From Owenia fusiformis (taxonomy: Eukaryota), in assembly GCA_903813345.2 (NCBI GenBank), contig CAIIXF020000001.1, positions 48,236,001 through 48,300,000 of the forward strand: a stretch of 64,000 nucleotides of DNA. The letters are read 5' to 3'. Below the pieces are notes generated by a model that saw nothing but the letters and a program-made list of their open reading frames with translations, had not been told where the DNA came from and made no database searches. Of the stretch, positions 34,101 to 48,200 are shown one piece after another. A program made the translations under genes and the position numbers. Positions within the stretch are counted from its first letter, which is position 1, and each line of letters starts with the position of its first letter.

Positions 34101-37100
34101 CATGCAGTGAACAATTATCAAGAAAACTTTACATCAAAATCCTTTTGCAGATATTTCTTCTTATATTTCATGATTTTTCAAATATTTTGACAGTATAATT
34201 AATGGGGAACATAAAAGAATACATATTTCATAAGTTGTCGAAGATTGAATAAAACTATGACCAAAAAGTGACCATTTTATACAAATTTTGACTTTTTCTC
34301 CATCTACCCATCGCAATGTCTATTCCGAGACACTACCATGGGAATTGGCTGGCTTTATTTTCAATGTTGCGATTTGTAGTCTTTCATCATCCTTACACAT
34401 TATTAAAGACTATCAGACTTACTGAAAAGGATAGACATCAGTCATCAATGCATATACAAACTTGCGCAACATTGGTAGAGCTTCCCAAAAGCACATATTT
34501 CTGCGATATGCCTCATAAATTCCACTGGAAATGAATAAAAATCAGCTTCAGACCCTCATCATTTTAAGACTTTTTTCCTACATTTTTGTATACATTGCTA
34601 GTAAGTAACAAAAATGCAATAATAAAATAATCTTAAAGATCTAATAGCAAAGATATTGCCAAAATAAAGCAATGTAGTATAAAACAAATGTATGTATAAT
34701 CAAGAAATAATTATATAATGAAAAAATAGATATGTGTTTGTAATATTGTTATTAACTGAAGATTAAAAATTGTCACTATCACTTTCATTTTTGAGGGGCA
34801 GTCAATTTTGATCTATCGATAGACCATATCGAAAATTATATTGAAATATGTACTGTAATATCTGTAATACTAGGCCATTGACTGCTACATGTAATGGTCA
34901 TGGTAATGGTAAAAATAGTGATACAATTTCCCTCATTCACAATTTAAATATTTAGCAAACTCACAAAATTGTACATTTTAATTTTCATCCAAAAAGAAAA
35001 GTTAAGCTCAATTATTGTTATTTGATAGAGCATTTGTAAAACAACTCACCCATGAAGAGGAAGTTTCTTTTTCAATAGGTTCCACTTGCGTAATCTGAGG
35101 GTAAAAAATATGAGACCAATAGGAAACACTACTCCAAAGCCAATGAGAAATATTGTCCCAACAAAATTGAACGTCTGAAAGAAAAATGTGTAGAATAAGA
35201 AGACTCAATGTCCAAACAGAGCCAGTGTGCAAAGATGACCAATAAGAGTCATTTATGTGCCGAAACAGATATTGTGCTAATAAGAGTGTGTGCAACAAGA
35301 AAACCCTTTGTGCTTATAAGAAAAACATATGCACTAATTCACGAGGACTATCCAGGCCCCATTGACATCACGAGCAATGAGCTCATGTTAGAAGCAGGGC
35401 CTTGAGAAATAATGATAAAATTGAAATATAAAATTTTCTATGAAACTTTAGGAAGTGAAACTCGGTGGAACTTTATTCCATAGTACAATGGCTATTTCAA
35501 TTGCAGGGCAACCACGTTCTTCAACTATAACTAAATTCTATCATATCTCTTAAGGCCCCGCTTCTACCATGAGCTCATTGCTCGGGATGTCAGTTGGAAC
35601 TTGCTCACGATATACGGGGCATGGATAGTCACCGTGTAATTACCTGAAATATGAATGTGCCACAACTCTGTCGGTGATCATACAAGTAGACATCCCTTGT
35701 GTGGTCAAACACCATGAGCTGCAGATGTACAAACATACATAATATATAAAGTATATTTAACTTAAGTATTACTCACTGTATAGTCATATCAACATATCTT
35801 GGAAGGTCTGTTTGATGAAAAATTCTTGATGAGGTATAGAATACAGGTATAGATGAGGTATATAATACATTGCAGAAATACACAAGGCATAAATATGCAA
35901 AATGTCACAACCTGCCATTAATTACAGATGCCAACTGCCATTTGTTACAGATGCCGACAACGAAACACCAACCACAACAATTTGTCAGGAAGGAAGGAAA
36001 GAAATGTTTTGAACTAATTAAATGTAAATATTAATGTCATTTCTCCAAATCTTTTGTGAAAGTGATGAACTTAGTCTTAAATTTACAAACCTGGATTAAT
36101 ATATAAAAACATGAATGAATTTAAATTTATTTTATCATAAACCATATTTCTTACAATTGAGTAAATAACAAAAAATTTACAATGCATTTTTAGATCTAGG
36201 TATTGTAAGTAAAATGGAAAAAAATGCTATAACTAATGATAGAAAAATACATACATTATAAGGATAGAAAACAGAAAGGGGTCTTCAAGGGTGTTAACAA
36301 TTTCATTTAACTTTTTTATAAAGAATAGAAAACTACATGTAGCTATCTTACCACTGGCACAGTATTGGAACAGGCAAATGTACGAAGGGTGTTTACTACA
36401 ACTGGACAGTACCAAATCACCAAAAGTGTATAACTAATACGGCGCATCAAACTTCTCAAGTGCCATACTCTTTGCTTGCTTTTATCACTGCCAGCCAATG
36501 TTATAGTTTTCCGCTAAAAAGTAAAGAAAGGCATTAAGATATAATATGAGCTAATAAAACAGCTAGCTATAAGCATAATCATATCAGTATCATTTGATAA
36601 ATAAAGCTGAATAGAAATTACATGTATTTGTCATATATTTCTGCTTCACTATAGGCAACCAAAGCTGTGAAATGGTAAATGCCATCAAAATGTATGGCAT
36701 TTTAAGGTTTATTTGAAATCATAATTTTTGTCTTAAAAGAAAATGATAAAATAGCTTGTTTAGGTTGAGGTGATCAGTTTGAATGTAAAATAATGTTCAA
36801 TCAATTATATATATATGTTTCAGAAATGTAAAGATTTACAGACTGCATAATGCCTAATTTGTAAACAAGGCACAGGGTGAACAATATTGTACCTAAAACA
36901 TAGCAGTGTGGGCCTGATGACCCAGAAAGCAAGATGGTCACCGAAAAGTTAACCAATTCTAGAACTTCTTACAATGTAACATGTGTAAAAATTTGAAGCA
37001 AATCCGTTAAGTATTTTTTCTGGAATCATGACTATGAGATTTATCTAAGAACTTCCAAAATGGCCACCAGAATGCAAGATGGCCACCAAAAACTTCTAGA

Positions 37101-38319
37101 ATCTAGAACTTCTTATCGTGATTGTTATCTTAAAACTTCAAAGATGTCCTACATAATGCAAGATGGCCAACGAAAAGTTAATCAGCTTTAGAACTCCTTA
37201 TCATGTAACATGTGTGAAAACTTGAAGCAAATCCATCAAGTGGTTTTCCTGGAATCGTGATGACAAGATTTATCTAAAAACTTCAAAGATGTCTGCCATA
37301 ATGCAAGATGGCCACCGAAAAGTTAATCAGCTTTAGAACTTTTTACCATGTAACATGTGTGAAAATATGAAGTAAATCCGTCAAGTGGATTTCCTGGAAT
37401 CATGACGACAAGATTTATCTAAAAACTTCAAAGATGTCCGCCATAATGCAAGATAGCCACCGAAAAGTTATTCAGCTTTAGATCTTCTTACCATGTAACT
37501 TGTGTGAAAATTTGAAGTAAATCTGTTAAGTGGTTTTCCTGGAATCGCGATGACAAGAAAGTAAGACGCCGCCCACTCCTCATCAAGCTGACGGCAATAT
37601 TGTACCTTTTTTTAGGTACCATAAAAATACAAACCATGAACAATCCTAGACCTAATTATTTTTCAAGAAGTAATGGTTCAAGAAAACATTTTTGATAAAA
37701 TTGCTATACCTACCCATATTATTTTCTGCTACAAAATAAAGTATAAAGACATGTGTGTATTTCCTTGCTTTTTTCAGGAAAGTATAATTTACATTGCCTT
37801 CTTTTAGTCAATGGTAACTCCAGGAATGCTGATATTTCAAGATAATGGCTGCCTTTTCAATTTTCCTAATTTCTTCTCCAAGTTTCTCAACAACACTAGA
37901 TTGCCTACAAATCATTTCCAACTCATTAAACATAAGATGCAACAAGGATGCAAATTAGGAAATGTCTCCATACTTTATTTTGTACCAAAATATAACATGT
38001 CCAGGTATAGTATTTTTTCAAAAATGTTTTCTTTGAACATGTGCCTTAAATTATTAGTTTTGTAATAAAATCATGGTTAATACCTTGTCAGATAACGTCA
38101 AATAAACAGGGTTATGAAATCAAGTGTTAAAACACTTTAATATCCACATGTACACTAAATGTTAGCATATTTTAAACACAATGTTAATTTGCTTAGTTTT
38201 TACTAATGTTACCATAGTTTTATCAATGAGTGCCACAATAAGGAAAGTAGCGAGAGGTAATCCCATTGAGGATATCAGATCCAAGAAATGGTTGCCAAAT
38301 TCAAACTGGATGTAGCAAT
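31157..38319 (-). CDS. 3' part (~340 codons) of a multi-pass membrane protein gene; 5' exons unresolved
   Basis: Phase-consistent GT-AG exons 38319-38213, (37728-37714), 36513-36352, 35718-35644, 35174-35050, 34524-34423, 33745-33668, 33380-33326, 32865-32695, 31291-31157 translate without stops: CYIQFEFGNHFLDLISSMGLPLATFLIVALI...YTLLVIWYCPVVVNTLRTFAC...FLIGFGVVFPIGLIFF...GGIYEAYRRNMCFWEALPMLRKFVYAL...PLVQVCCHLSTSVIYLIAVILGRPY...DNVNF*; AATAAA at 31032-31027. Confidence 0.85.
32990..33210. repeat. Degenerate (CTCTGTC)-rich low-complexity tract in an intron
   Basis: Repeated tctctgtccc/ctgtct units. Confidence 0.7.
35340..35636. mobile_element. MITE with CAC...GTG termini and 5-bp TSD (Transib-like)
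   Basis: cacgaggactatcc...gagcaatgagctcatg pairs with catgagctcattgctc...ggatagtcaccgtg; TSD TAATT at 35335-35339 and 35637-35641. Confidence 0.8.
36863..37625. mobile_element. HINE-like element with ~145-bp tandem cores
   Basis: caagatggccaccgaaaagttaa-type unit recurs at ~36930, 37075, 37159, 37304, 37449; caatattgtacct near both ends and terminal hairpin gtacc-tttttta-ggtac. Confidence 0.75.
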
Positions 38320-38392
38320 CTGAGCAAATCAAATTCTATTAAAACATGCAATATAAGCTAAGATCTATAATTGTTATCCTAAATATTCAACG

Positions 38393-39050
38393 AGGCATTA
38401 ACATGACAAAATGTCACCACCTTGTTGCTCACAATATGATTAGTTCTTTCTAAGTCTGTTTTGAATTTCTGAGAACTTGTACATGATGTTGAAAAATTAA
38501 TTGGTGAATTTGATGTCATTGAATGTCAAATCTATAGTCAATTTCTAACTTCTGAGAACTTATAGATGATTCTGATAAAACTACATGTAATTGGTCAATT
38601 TGAAGCAAGTTAAAAAATACCCTTTTGACCCTGTGAAGGTCATTGAAGGTGAAATCTCAAATCTAAAGTCAGATTTTAACTTGTAGATGATTTTAAAAAA
38701 AAATTGGACAATTTGAAGCAAGTCTATAGTCAGATTTGATCTTTTGAGAACTTGTAGGTGATTTTGAAAAAACAAATTGGTCAATTTGAAGCAAGTTGAA
38801 AAAAAGAACTTTTTGACCCTTTTTGACCTTGAGAAGGTCATTGAAGGTCAAATCTTAAATCAGATTTGAACTTCTGATAACTCATAGATAATTTTGAAAA
38901 AGATTTGAAGATTGAAGCAAGTTGAAAAATACCTTTTGACCTTTCTTAACCTTTCTTGACCTTCAAAAGGTCACTGAAGGACAAGTCTTGAATATAAAAT
39001 CTGATTTTAACTTCTAAAAACTTGTAGATGATTTTGAAAAAAACTGAAGT
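38393..39050 (+). repeat. Repeat family with degenerate tandem units (ggtcaatttgaagcaagttgaa...)
   Basis: Begins aggcattaacatgacaaaatgtcaccacc; the same family is at 49915-50355 and 51726-51850; the head motif also occurs near 14005 and, inverted, near 29546. Confidence 0.75.
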
Positions 39051-39488
39051 CAGACTACACAGTACATTATGTAAAATTCCCAGATTAATACAGTCACCCC
39101 GGAATAGCCTGACAACAGTAAAGTCAGACGCCGTTGTCACAAATGGCGGACATAACCGCCGCTTCAACTCTTCAATCACTTGGTCTTCGTTTCATGGGAC
39201 TTTATTGTCGCTGATTCAGTGCATGTATCTAGCTCTTGTGATAATGTATCATATGAAACCCCAATTTTGATCTAATTGGGTCATGAATCCCCACCATATA
39301 GTGTCTTCGATATCGTCAATGACAATGGAATCTGAATTTGGGATAATTTACAAAGACAACGGCATATGGTAAATTATTTAAAATTCAGATTCCATTGTCA
39401 TCATATTAGTACTAAAGGAATTAACAAAATTTTAATAACTTCCTCCTGTTAAAGCAGCACTGTTTTAAATAGATTGTATTGGTAGATT

Positions 39489-40015
39489 CATGGGTTTTCA
39501 ACTAGAAGGGTAGGCAACTTCCCATATTTCATACATAAGCAATGCCTTTGGTTTTTCAAAATTGGAGAATGTACACATTCCAAGAAAATCGTATTTTGTC
39601 CTTTTTATGGATGATTTAAAGAAATAACTGAAAAATAAAAACATGATTATCTTCATACATGTTGATAATTTAATAAAAAATGGAATTCATCATAATTATG
39701 ACAATACAGAAAGTGAACATTCTCCCACAAATTATATTTTTATTGGAATGTGTTCTTGAATAATTACCCACAATGCAATACTCGAAGGGAACATCTTGAT
39801 ACCGCTTATTGTTATTGGTCTTTTTTGTTTACTCTTACATGAGATTGAATATATTTTATGCTATAATCATTTTGAAAATTGTATTTTATTCAAAATAATA
39901 CTAAAACATATATATTTATCAAATACTTACCATAAAATTGAAGCATGGCATTGCTTATTTTGAAGGTCTCGTGTTATTACACAGAGTTGCATACCCTTCT
40001 AATTGAAAGCCCATG
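39489..40015. mobile_element. MITE, CATGGG termini, 7-bp TSD (copy 2)
   Basis: catgggttttcaactagaaggg ... cccttctaattgaaagcccatg; TSD gtagatt at 39482-39488 and 40016-40022. Confidence 0.9.
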
Positions 40016-41285
40016 GTAGATTTAATATCACTAAACATAGTATTGCTTGTTGAGCATCACACAACATTACAGTTTATCATTTATTAAAGAATGCGCAGGG
40101 GTCATTTTTTAAATATTTTTTTTTGTATTTGAAGATTTCTTTTTAATAGATGGTGAATAAGTAAAAATATCATCAACTCTCTGACACCGAGAACATTTTA
40201 TTCAATTTCAACTGAAAAATAAGATCAAAATGGACCTACATTCACAGTGGGTGGTATAACTTATTAAACACTGTTTAATTCTTTTTAAATTTATTGTTTA
40301 AGTCTAACAATTTAATTAAGTTAATTATACTAGTTATAATTACTTCATTGACTATTTCTTTTGTTGGGTAACATACAACATAACAGATTTTTATTAATTT
40401 GAGATTTAAGCAGGGGTTTAATTTATAAAAGCATTAAGTTTTAAAAAAATGATAACAAAATGTGAAAATATGATAAATTATTAGAGAACTTCATTAAGAA
40501 AAAAATTGACCTGACTTTGGAAAGTACAGTAGGTGAAACTTTGCTAAGTTCATATCTTTTATTTTTATTTTTTCTTCGGCTTCATTAACTTAACAAGGGG
40601 ATATCATCAAGTATTAAAATATGATGATATATGATACGATTACATATATTGGATTTATACCTAATTTATGATGACACTTGACAGATCCCTTTATCAATAC
40701 TTCAAGTATTCCATACAATAGAATAATAGAATATAGAATAATTCAGAATTTTTACTTTTCAAATGTTTGGGGAGGGGTAATTTTCGACACATTTTGTAAT
40801 TGAGGCAATAAAAAAAAGAAATCTAATCCTACTGCTTTCAATAGTACTGGGGTACAAGGGTACAATGTTATTCAGTGATTTCTATGCACTTCCAAAGTGT
40901 CAATTAGAAAAAATAATAATAATTTTCCTTTTAAATTTGAGTGAGGGAGTGTCATAGGGGGTGCACCCAACACACCTCCGTCCCCCATCCAACAACTACA
41001 ACTATACTCGATGATACATTTCCTCATTTGTGGCTAGAAATTGTTTACATTAGCTGACATTTTGACACAGACATGTGATTACATTATTGCTCAATAGTGG
41101 TAGATTTAATGAAAGAGGACCTTATTTTTAAAGATTCAATCAAGTTAAATTAAGGTTCTCATTAATATGTTATCTATCATTAATCTAAACAATAAGTTAT
41201 TCTGTCTTTCTGATTACATATTACTTCTTTCAACACTTTGATTGCATGCCAGGGATTAAATCGTAATTTTCTAGATTAACAGCAT

Positions 41286-41560
41286 TATTAGACTCCAGAT
41301 GAAACCTGGAGTCTATTGTTTTTGCCTCTTTTCTTATTCTTATTAGACTCCAAATGAAATGTGGAGTCTACTGTTTTTGCCTTTTTTCTTAATCTTATTA
41401 TTCTTTTTTATTCTTCTTATTATACTGGTCACGTTTTCTCAATAACTATAAGGTATTCAACAAATACTATTATATGGTCTATTAAGGTATAGTATCTTGT
41501 TGGTGGGAAATGGGGTCAAATTTTTATCTAGGTCAAAGGTCAAGAACAAGGTCAAATCCA
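41286..41560. mobile_element. HINE-like terminus with duplicated hairpin
   Basis: tagactccagatgaaacctggagtcta and tagactccaaatgaaatgtggagtcta hairpins, each followed by a (TTC/TTA)-rich tract, then ggtcaaaggtcaa. Confidence 0.55.
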
Positions 41561-44500
41561 GTACTTTGTCACTTTTTTTCAATTTTCTCAGTCATCCTTC
41601 AATATTTTCGATCCATGTTTTTTCATTGTGTTCCTCATAAAAAAACAATACTAATCCTGTTTTACCCATAGAAAGCATAGTAAGCATTTGAAGATATGAA
41701 TTAAAATATTCCACACAAACCTCAGAGAAAACACTTCCGGTTTTATATTCAATAATTTTATCAATCAAAAAATATTTTTATGAATTTTTTCAATGTATGC
41801 TGAAATATGGTATGTATACTTGTGTTGATTATTAAATTACAAAATAGGTAGGGTAAAGAATATGAAAAAGTCGTCCCAGAAGCAATATTTTGTTATTTTT
41901 ATTGCCTAGAATTCCTTTAACACCTATATTATCATAAGTCCAGGTTAAATATGGGAATTATCAAATTTAATAAGTCTTAGAGAAAAACCTTAAACTTTCC
42001 CTCAAACTAAACAGTGCCATATTTTAAATAAGCGTGTCTTCTCTGTATAAAACCCATATTCTATGCCTCCAAATAAATAACCTCTTTGATTTATATGAGA
42101 AGTAAATGTGATCGCACCTTTGTTAGCGAATGTTTCAACAGTGGTGCAAAAACATCATTCAATCATATGTTTAATCACATCAGATTAATATGGAAATTAT
42201 CAAACAAATTTAAAGTCTTAAAAACAATCTCTTGTCTTTGAAAATGATAACCTTATACTTAAACCAAACTCAAAATTTAGAATAAGCTGTCTGTATAAAA
42301 CCCATATTTAACCCCCCCCCCCCCCCCCAATAAACATTCTATATGATGTAGAATCAAGGTAATCATGGAAAACTTTATAAAAAGATAGCACATACATGTG
42401 TAATATATTTCAAATTGATGCTTAACTATCATGCATGGGCATACCCAGCTTTCAATCAGGTGCAATCGCACAAAAAAACAGTTTTCAGTCAGGGAGGTAC
42501 GACCGTGGCATAAGCGAGCCAAAAAAATGTTCTAAAGATTTGTTTTGATATTTTACAAAAATTGAAGTAACTTCCTTCAAAATTGAGTTAGAAACATCAA
42601 ACAAAAAGCATTTTAAAACTGTTTTCTTCTGTTATCTAATGCCTATATTATTATTTGTTATGGGGTGCGTTTGCACCCATCACCCCCCCCCCACAAGTGT
42701 GTCCGACAAGTGTAAAATAACAGTATAAACTTAATAATTTAAAGGTAATTGAGATCAAATATCCAATATCCAAGCTTGAAGAACAAGGGGCGGACTTATA
42801 CATTGGCAAGGGGAGTGAGGATGTAATCTGGAAAACCATCTTTTTGGCTTAAGCTATGAAATACTTTTGCCCAAATGTTTTCGGCAATATCAGCAGTTAG
42901 GAAAACACTAATCCACCGCTAAAAGCCAATGATTTCTCTTCTACAGGATATAAGTTTTCAGTCGTGTTTATTTGTTTGCCTTAGGTGTTTAAAATATTTG
43001 AAGGTTCAGTGGCGTAGCCAGCATTGGGTGACCAGGGGTTCGATTTTAATGTTATCCACAAATCTCCCCCTTCATCGGTGTACCTCACATAATTGCATTT
43101 CTGTGTTTGTCATACATACAATTTACATCCATCCAAAAGTTTGGCAACTGTAACACAGCAAAATGTAATCGAATTCGAAAAAGTTAGACTGTTTGATTTT
43201 GTACATTGAAATAGTTTTTGGCGAATCTGTTACTGAAAAGACATTCAAATCTGTGAGCAAAATCATACATTTTTATATAACATTTGTTTAATGAAATCCA
43301 AATCAAGGGTTAGCATACATTGAGCTAACTTTTGTTAAGGGCAAATTCTAACATATCTTTAAGGAACATATTTTTTAACGAGCTATTTTATTGGGAAATC
43401 GTCATTCCTAGTTCATTCAAATATACCTGCAATTCCCACACTTTTAGATGATTTTGAAAAGATTCCAAATCAAAAGATTTTTTACTTTGTTACATGTCAG
43501 TGTCGACTCCCACCGGGCACTCACCACGCTGGCATATATAAAGAGTTTTATTTGCTGTTTCATTTTGTAATAGAGGAGTGTTCATAATGACCTCATGAAC
43601 TTACAGTTAGTTACTGAATACTAGTATATTCAATAGCAAATACTTTTGAAGAATGAAATATTCATTAAATCATGGCGCATAATAAAAGTCTTAATGGCTG
43701 CACGCATACTTTCAATTGGTACTGTCGATAGAAGTGACAGATGACAAATAGTATTGTATTAATGGAATGAAACATGATATCCACTATGCTCTGTAGGCTC
43801 TAAAATTAAACATTTCTTTTAAACTTTAATGCCTTGCAAAGAACACCTAGTGCTGAAAACGCCTATTTGTTCTTTCTTTGAATTGAAAACAAAAATAATC
43901 TGTATTTAATAACTTTGAAAACATTCCATTTTCTGTCAACATCCGCTGTTTTTATTATTATTATTAATGACCAGAATCATGAACGTTTTGAGAAATGAAA
44001 ACATTTTAGATGAATTTGTGAATTATTATAAACTTTAACTTGTTCTTGAGAAATGAACATTTTATCATTTCATTAAAGAATGCTGTCAAATCCTTTTTTG
44101 GACACACGATTTGAAACTTGTGCAAATGATAGAGATTAGATTCAACCGCAGGCCATCTGTAATTAGGTCTTCAAAGTTTAAAAATCTCGATAATCCGTTG
44201 GCATTTTGTCAGTGGATCAGTTTATTAGAAAATAAGAAGTGATTATCAGGAATGCAACCACCGATCACAAACCACCAACCATCGATCACCAACCCCTAGC
44301 CACCGATCGCCAACCACTGACGGAGACCATAACAAGATGTCACCACTTTTTGGTGGTGACATAACAATTAACTTGAACACAAATCCTTCTTTTCTCTAAT
44401 TATTGAAACTTTTAAGTTTAAAACATTTAAGGTTTATTTGGGATGAAAACTAGAAAACGGCTTCTCAACGAGGTAGCAAATCCCAATAAAGAAATTCATA

Positions 44501-45244
44501 TTCAAAAATCTGTATGTCTCACAATATAATATTTATCATCTACTGTACCCTTGGTTTGCAAATAATCAAAGACAGCCATTGGAGATATATCAGAATGTCT
44601 AACAATTTAAGCATCTGAGTGACCATTTAACAGTACAAGGCACATATTACAATTCATCCTGAATGCTCAACATTATTCAGTTGATTACTTAGACAAGATT
44701 TTAGGACAAACCATCCAACCTTAACATTTACCCAGAATCAGTTTGAGATTTTCAAACAAAGAATTTGAAATTGATTAATCAAATGGTTTGTCTGGAAACG
44801 CAGAGAGACATGACTTTAGAAACAAGATTTTAAAATGAAAATGGCCACCTTAACATTTACCAAGAATGCCCAAAAACTAATTAGTTCAAGATTTCTTCAT
44901 ATCATACGTAAAATTTGCAATGTACTCTAAAGTGCCTTTCATTAAAATGTAATAAAGCTATACTTCAGAGAGATCTCAAAATTGATGAACATTCCTGTTT
45001 TCTCAACCCCTTCACACCCTCTGGGGAATGTGCCGAAAAAACATGTAATATATGTTGAACGGATATATTTATAGATAAACAAGTTTTTCTTTTATGTATG
45101 AATATAAAATTTATGAAGACAATACTATTTAATTGCACCATCAACAACACATGCGGTCTGAACATGGGCATTGTTGCTGCAATTCAGAAAGCTCACTTAT
45201 AATTTATTTTATAACATCTCACTCGCTGATTTTGGTGACAGTCA

Positions 45245-48200
45245 CTCTATGTCTATGTCAATGTCTATGTCAATAATCTGCAAAAGGCTAATAAGCCCAT
45301 ATAAAGCAGATATATAATTTAACAGTGATAGAATTTGAATAGAATATAATTTAAAACCTTAACATTTAAAAATAGATCTATGGTTTACAACTCATTTTAC
45401 CTGGGGAGACTGTCAGGCTACCGCGTTGACATCACCCCTCTTTACCAGTAGTGCAGGCTTGTTGCTGTGCACTGGGGACCCTTTACATTAAAACATAGAT
45501 CTATATTAAAAACACACCTATTTAATTGCAGTTATTGACATAGGCATAGTATGATGATTTAAAACTACTTAGACTGTCACAGTCTAAGATGTCACCAGGT
45601 AGAGTGTTCCATTTAGCTATTGTCCTAGGGAAATAGCTAAATTTGTATGCATCCGTTCTAGTTGATGGTTGTATGAACTTAGAAGGATGATACAACCTAG
45701 TGTTGGTATTGATCTGTTGGCGGAAGTATGGAGGCACGTCGATGGCTGCTAGGTTCTGCTTTCCTTTGTAGAAAAGGAAAACTCTAGCAGCCTCTCGACG
45801 CTCCTTCAGTGGCTCCCACTGTAGGTCTTGAAGAGCTTTGGTGACGCAGCCTGGTTCCCTTGAGTGACATTTGGTTACAAACCTGGCTGCTCTTCTCTGT
45901 ACCTGTTCCAACATATCAATATCTTTTTGTCGGTATGGATCCCATGCCGAGCTGGCATACTCTAAATTAGGCCGGACTAGTGACTTATACGCCTGAGCCT
46001 TCACTTTTTCAGGGCATTGATGGAGGTTGCGCCTGAGAAATCCAAGCACCTTATTGGCTTTGGATACAATAGTTTGAATATGTGTAGTCCAGCGTAAGTT
46101 ATTTGTGATGTCAATTCCTAGGTATGGGATGTGTGTTACCGACTTAAGGTTTTCCCCTAGCATGGTGTAATTGTGCATGATAGGAGATTTACCTTTGTGA
46201 ATATTTAGCACATAGCATTTTGATGGATGGAATTTCATTTGCCATGTTGATGCCCAGGAGACCAGTTTATCAAGATTCTCCTGTAGTGTTAATGCATCTT
46301 GCTTGCTTTCGACTGTCATGAATAAAAGGCTGTCGTCGGCAAAAAGCTTAAGACTGGCTGAGGATGATAGGTTATTGCCCATATCATTGATATAAACAAG
46401 GAAACAAAGTGGTCCAAGAACTGTTCCTTGAGGAACTTCTGATTTTACTGGAGTTTTTGAACTTGATTCACCATCGAGCACTACCTGTTGTGATCTTCCC
46501 ACAAGCCAGGATCTGAACCAGTTCAAGTTATTATTGCGAATTCCATAATAGTCGAGTTTGAGCAAGAGGCGTTCGTGAGCCACCGTGTCAAACGCTTTGG
46601 AAAAGTCTAATACCAACATGTCTGTTTGTTTATTGTTGTCTAGGGCCCGAGCTATATTCTCTATTGTATTGACAAGTTGTGTTTCGCATGAGTGCTTTGA
46701 CCTGAATCCATGTTGGAATTTTACTAGAATTTCATAGAGGTCAAAGTGGGCCATAACATGATGGAATATAATATGTTCCATTATTTTACATGGAACTGAC
46801 GTCAGAGATACAGGCCTGTAATTCACAGCCTCATCTCTTCGTCCCTTTTTGTAGATAGCAGTAACATTGGCATGTTTCCAGTCCATAGGCACTAAGCCTT
46901 CATCGATAGACTGTTGAAAAATTATTTGAAGGAATGGTGATATGCTGTCACTGCATTCCTTCAGGACCCTAGTCAGAATAAGATCAGGTCCAGTGGCTTT
47001 TGATGGATTTAGGCCAGTTAGTAATTTGTGAATTCCTTTTGTCGAAATTTTGATATTTGGCATTTCAGGAATTTGACTAGGTACCATTGTCGGTAGAGTG
47101 GCATCCTCATCTGTGAATACAGAATTGTATTGGTCATTGAGGATGTTTGCTTTCTGGGCGGCGTCTGTTATTTCGTCGCCATCTTTGTTACGCAGCACAC
47201 TGATACCTGATGCATCTTTGCGTTTAGACTTTATGTAGCTCCAGAAGCGTTTGGTAATGCCTTTGTGCTGAACATTCTCATTTATGATTTCGCTTTCATC
47301 AATGTCAAGCAGATCGTTGATGTAGCGCTGATGTTCTTTACGAATTTCACTATGGATTAATTTCCGTAGTGATTTGTATTTATGCCAATGATGAGGTTCA
47401 TTTGAACGTTTGGCAACATTATATCGTCTTTGTTTCTGTCGGATCATTCTCAGTATCCTGGTGGTAATCCAGGGTACTTTGAATTTCCCACTTAGAGTTT
47501 TACTTGGAATATGCTCATTGATTGACGATATTAATGTAGATTTGAAGGAGGACCAGTTGTCTTCAACTGATCTACTTTCACAGTTCTCTTTGAATTCGCT
47601 GAACTTAGATCGTAGAGTCTCTTTAAGTCCAGTCCATTCTGCCCGCTTGTATATGTGGACCTTACGAGGCTTCTTTTTCTGAATTTTCATTTTTAGGTTT
47701 ATATCACATATGATGATCACTCATGCCCGGAACCACCGAGATTCTTTCTGCGAGGTTTGGGCATGTAGTGAATACTAAGTCAAGGATGTTATTTTGTCTA
47801 GTTGGTTCCTTGACTAGTTTGGTTAGGCCATGATCATCAGTTATTGTAATCATCTTCTCATTAAGATCATTAGAATATTGAGAATTAGGCCTTATAGTTC
47901 CATTCTCCCAATCGATGTCTGGTAAGTTGAAGTCACCACATAGGAAGATGTTTTTCATATGTGTATTACCATTAGCATAAAGTTTATCGAGGGATGTTTG
48001 GAGCGAGTCCAAAGCACCAGTATCGTTGTTTGGTTGACGATAGAAGGATCCAAACAGTATGTCCCCATTTGATAGAGATGCTTTGGACCATATGATTTCG
48101 CAATCAGCTGTCGCTTCATATTCGACTGATATGAAGTCACTTTTGACTGCAATAAGGACACCGCCAGCACCTTTCTTTCGGTCTTTCCTGTATGGAGGTG

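Noticed and set aside
37793..37904. Additional exon of the membrane protein gene
   Set aside because: In-frame stops in the frames examined and phase mismatch
47704..47720. Programmed frameshift or ORF1/ORF2 boundary in the LINE
   Set aside because: The break falls at the end of the APE domain with no slippery site; a small deletion is simpler
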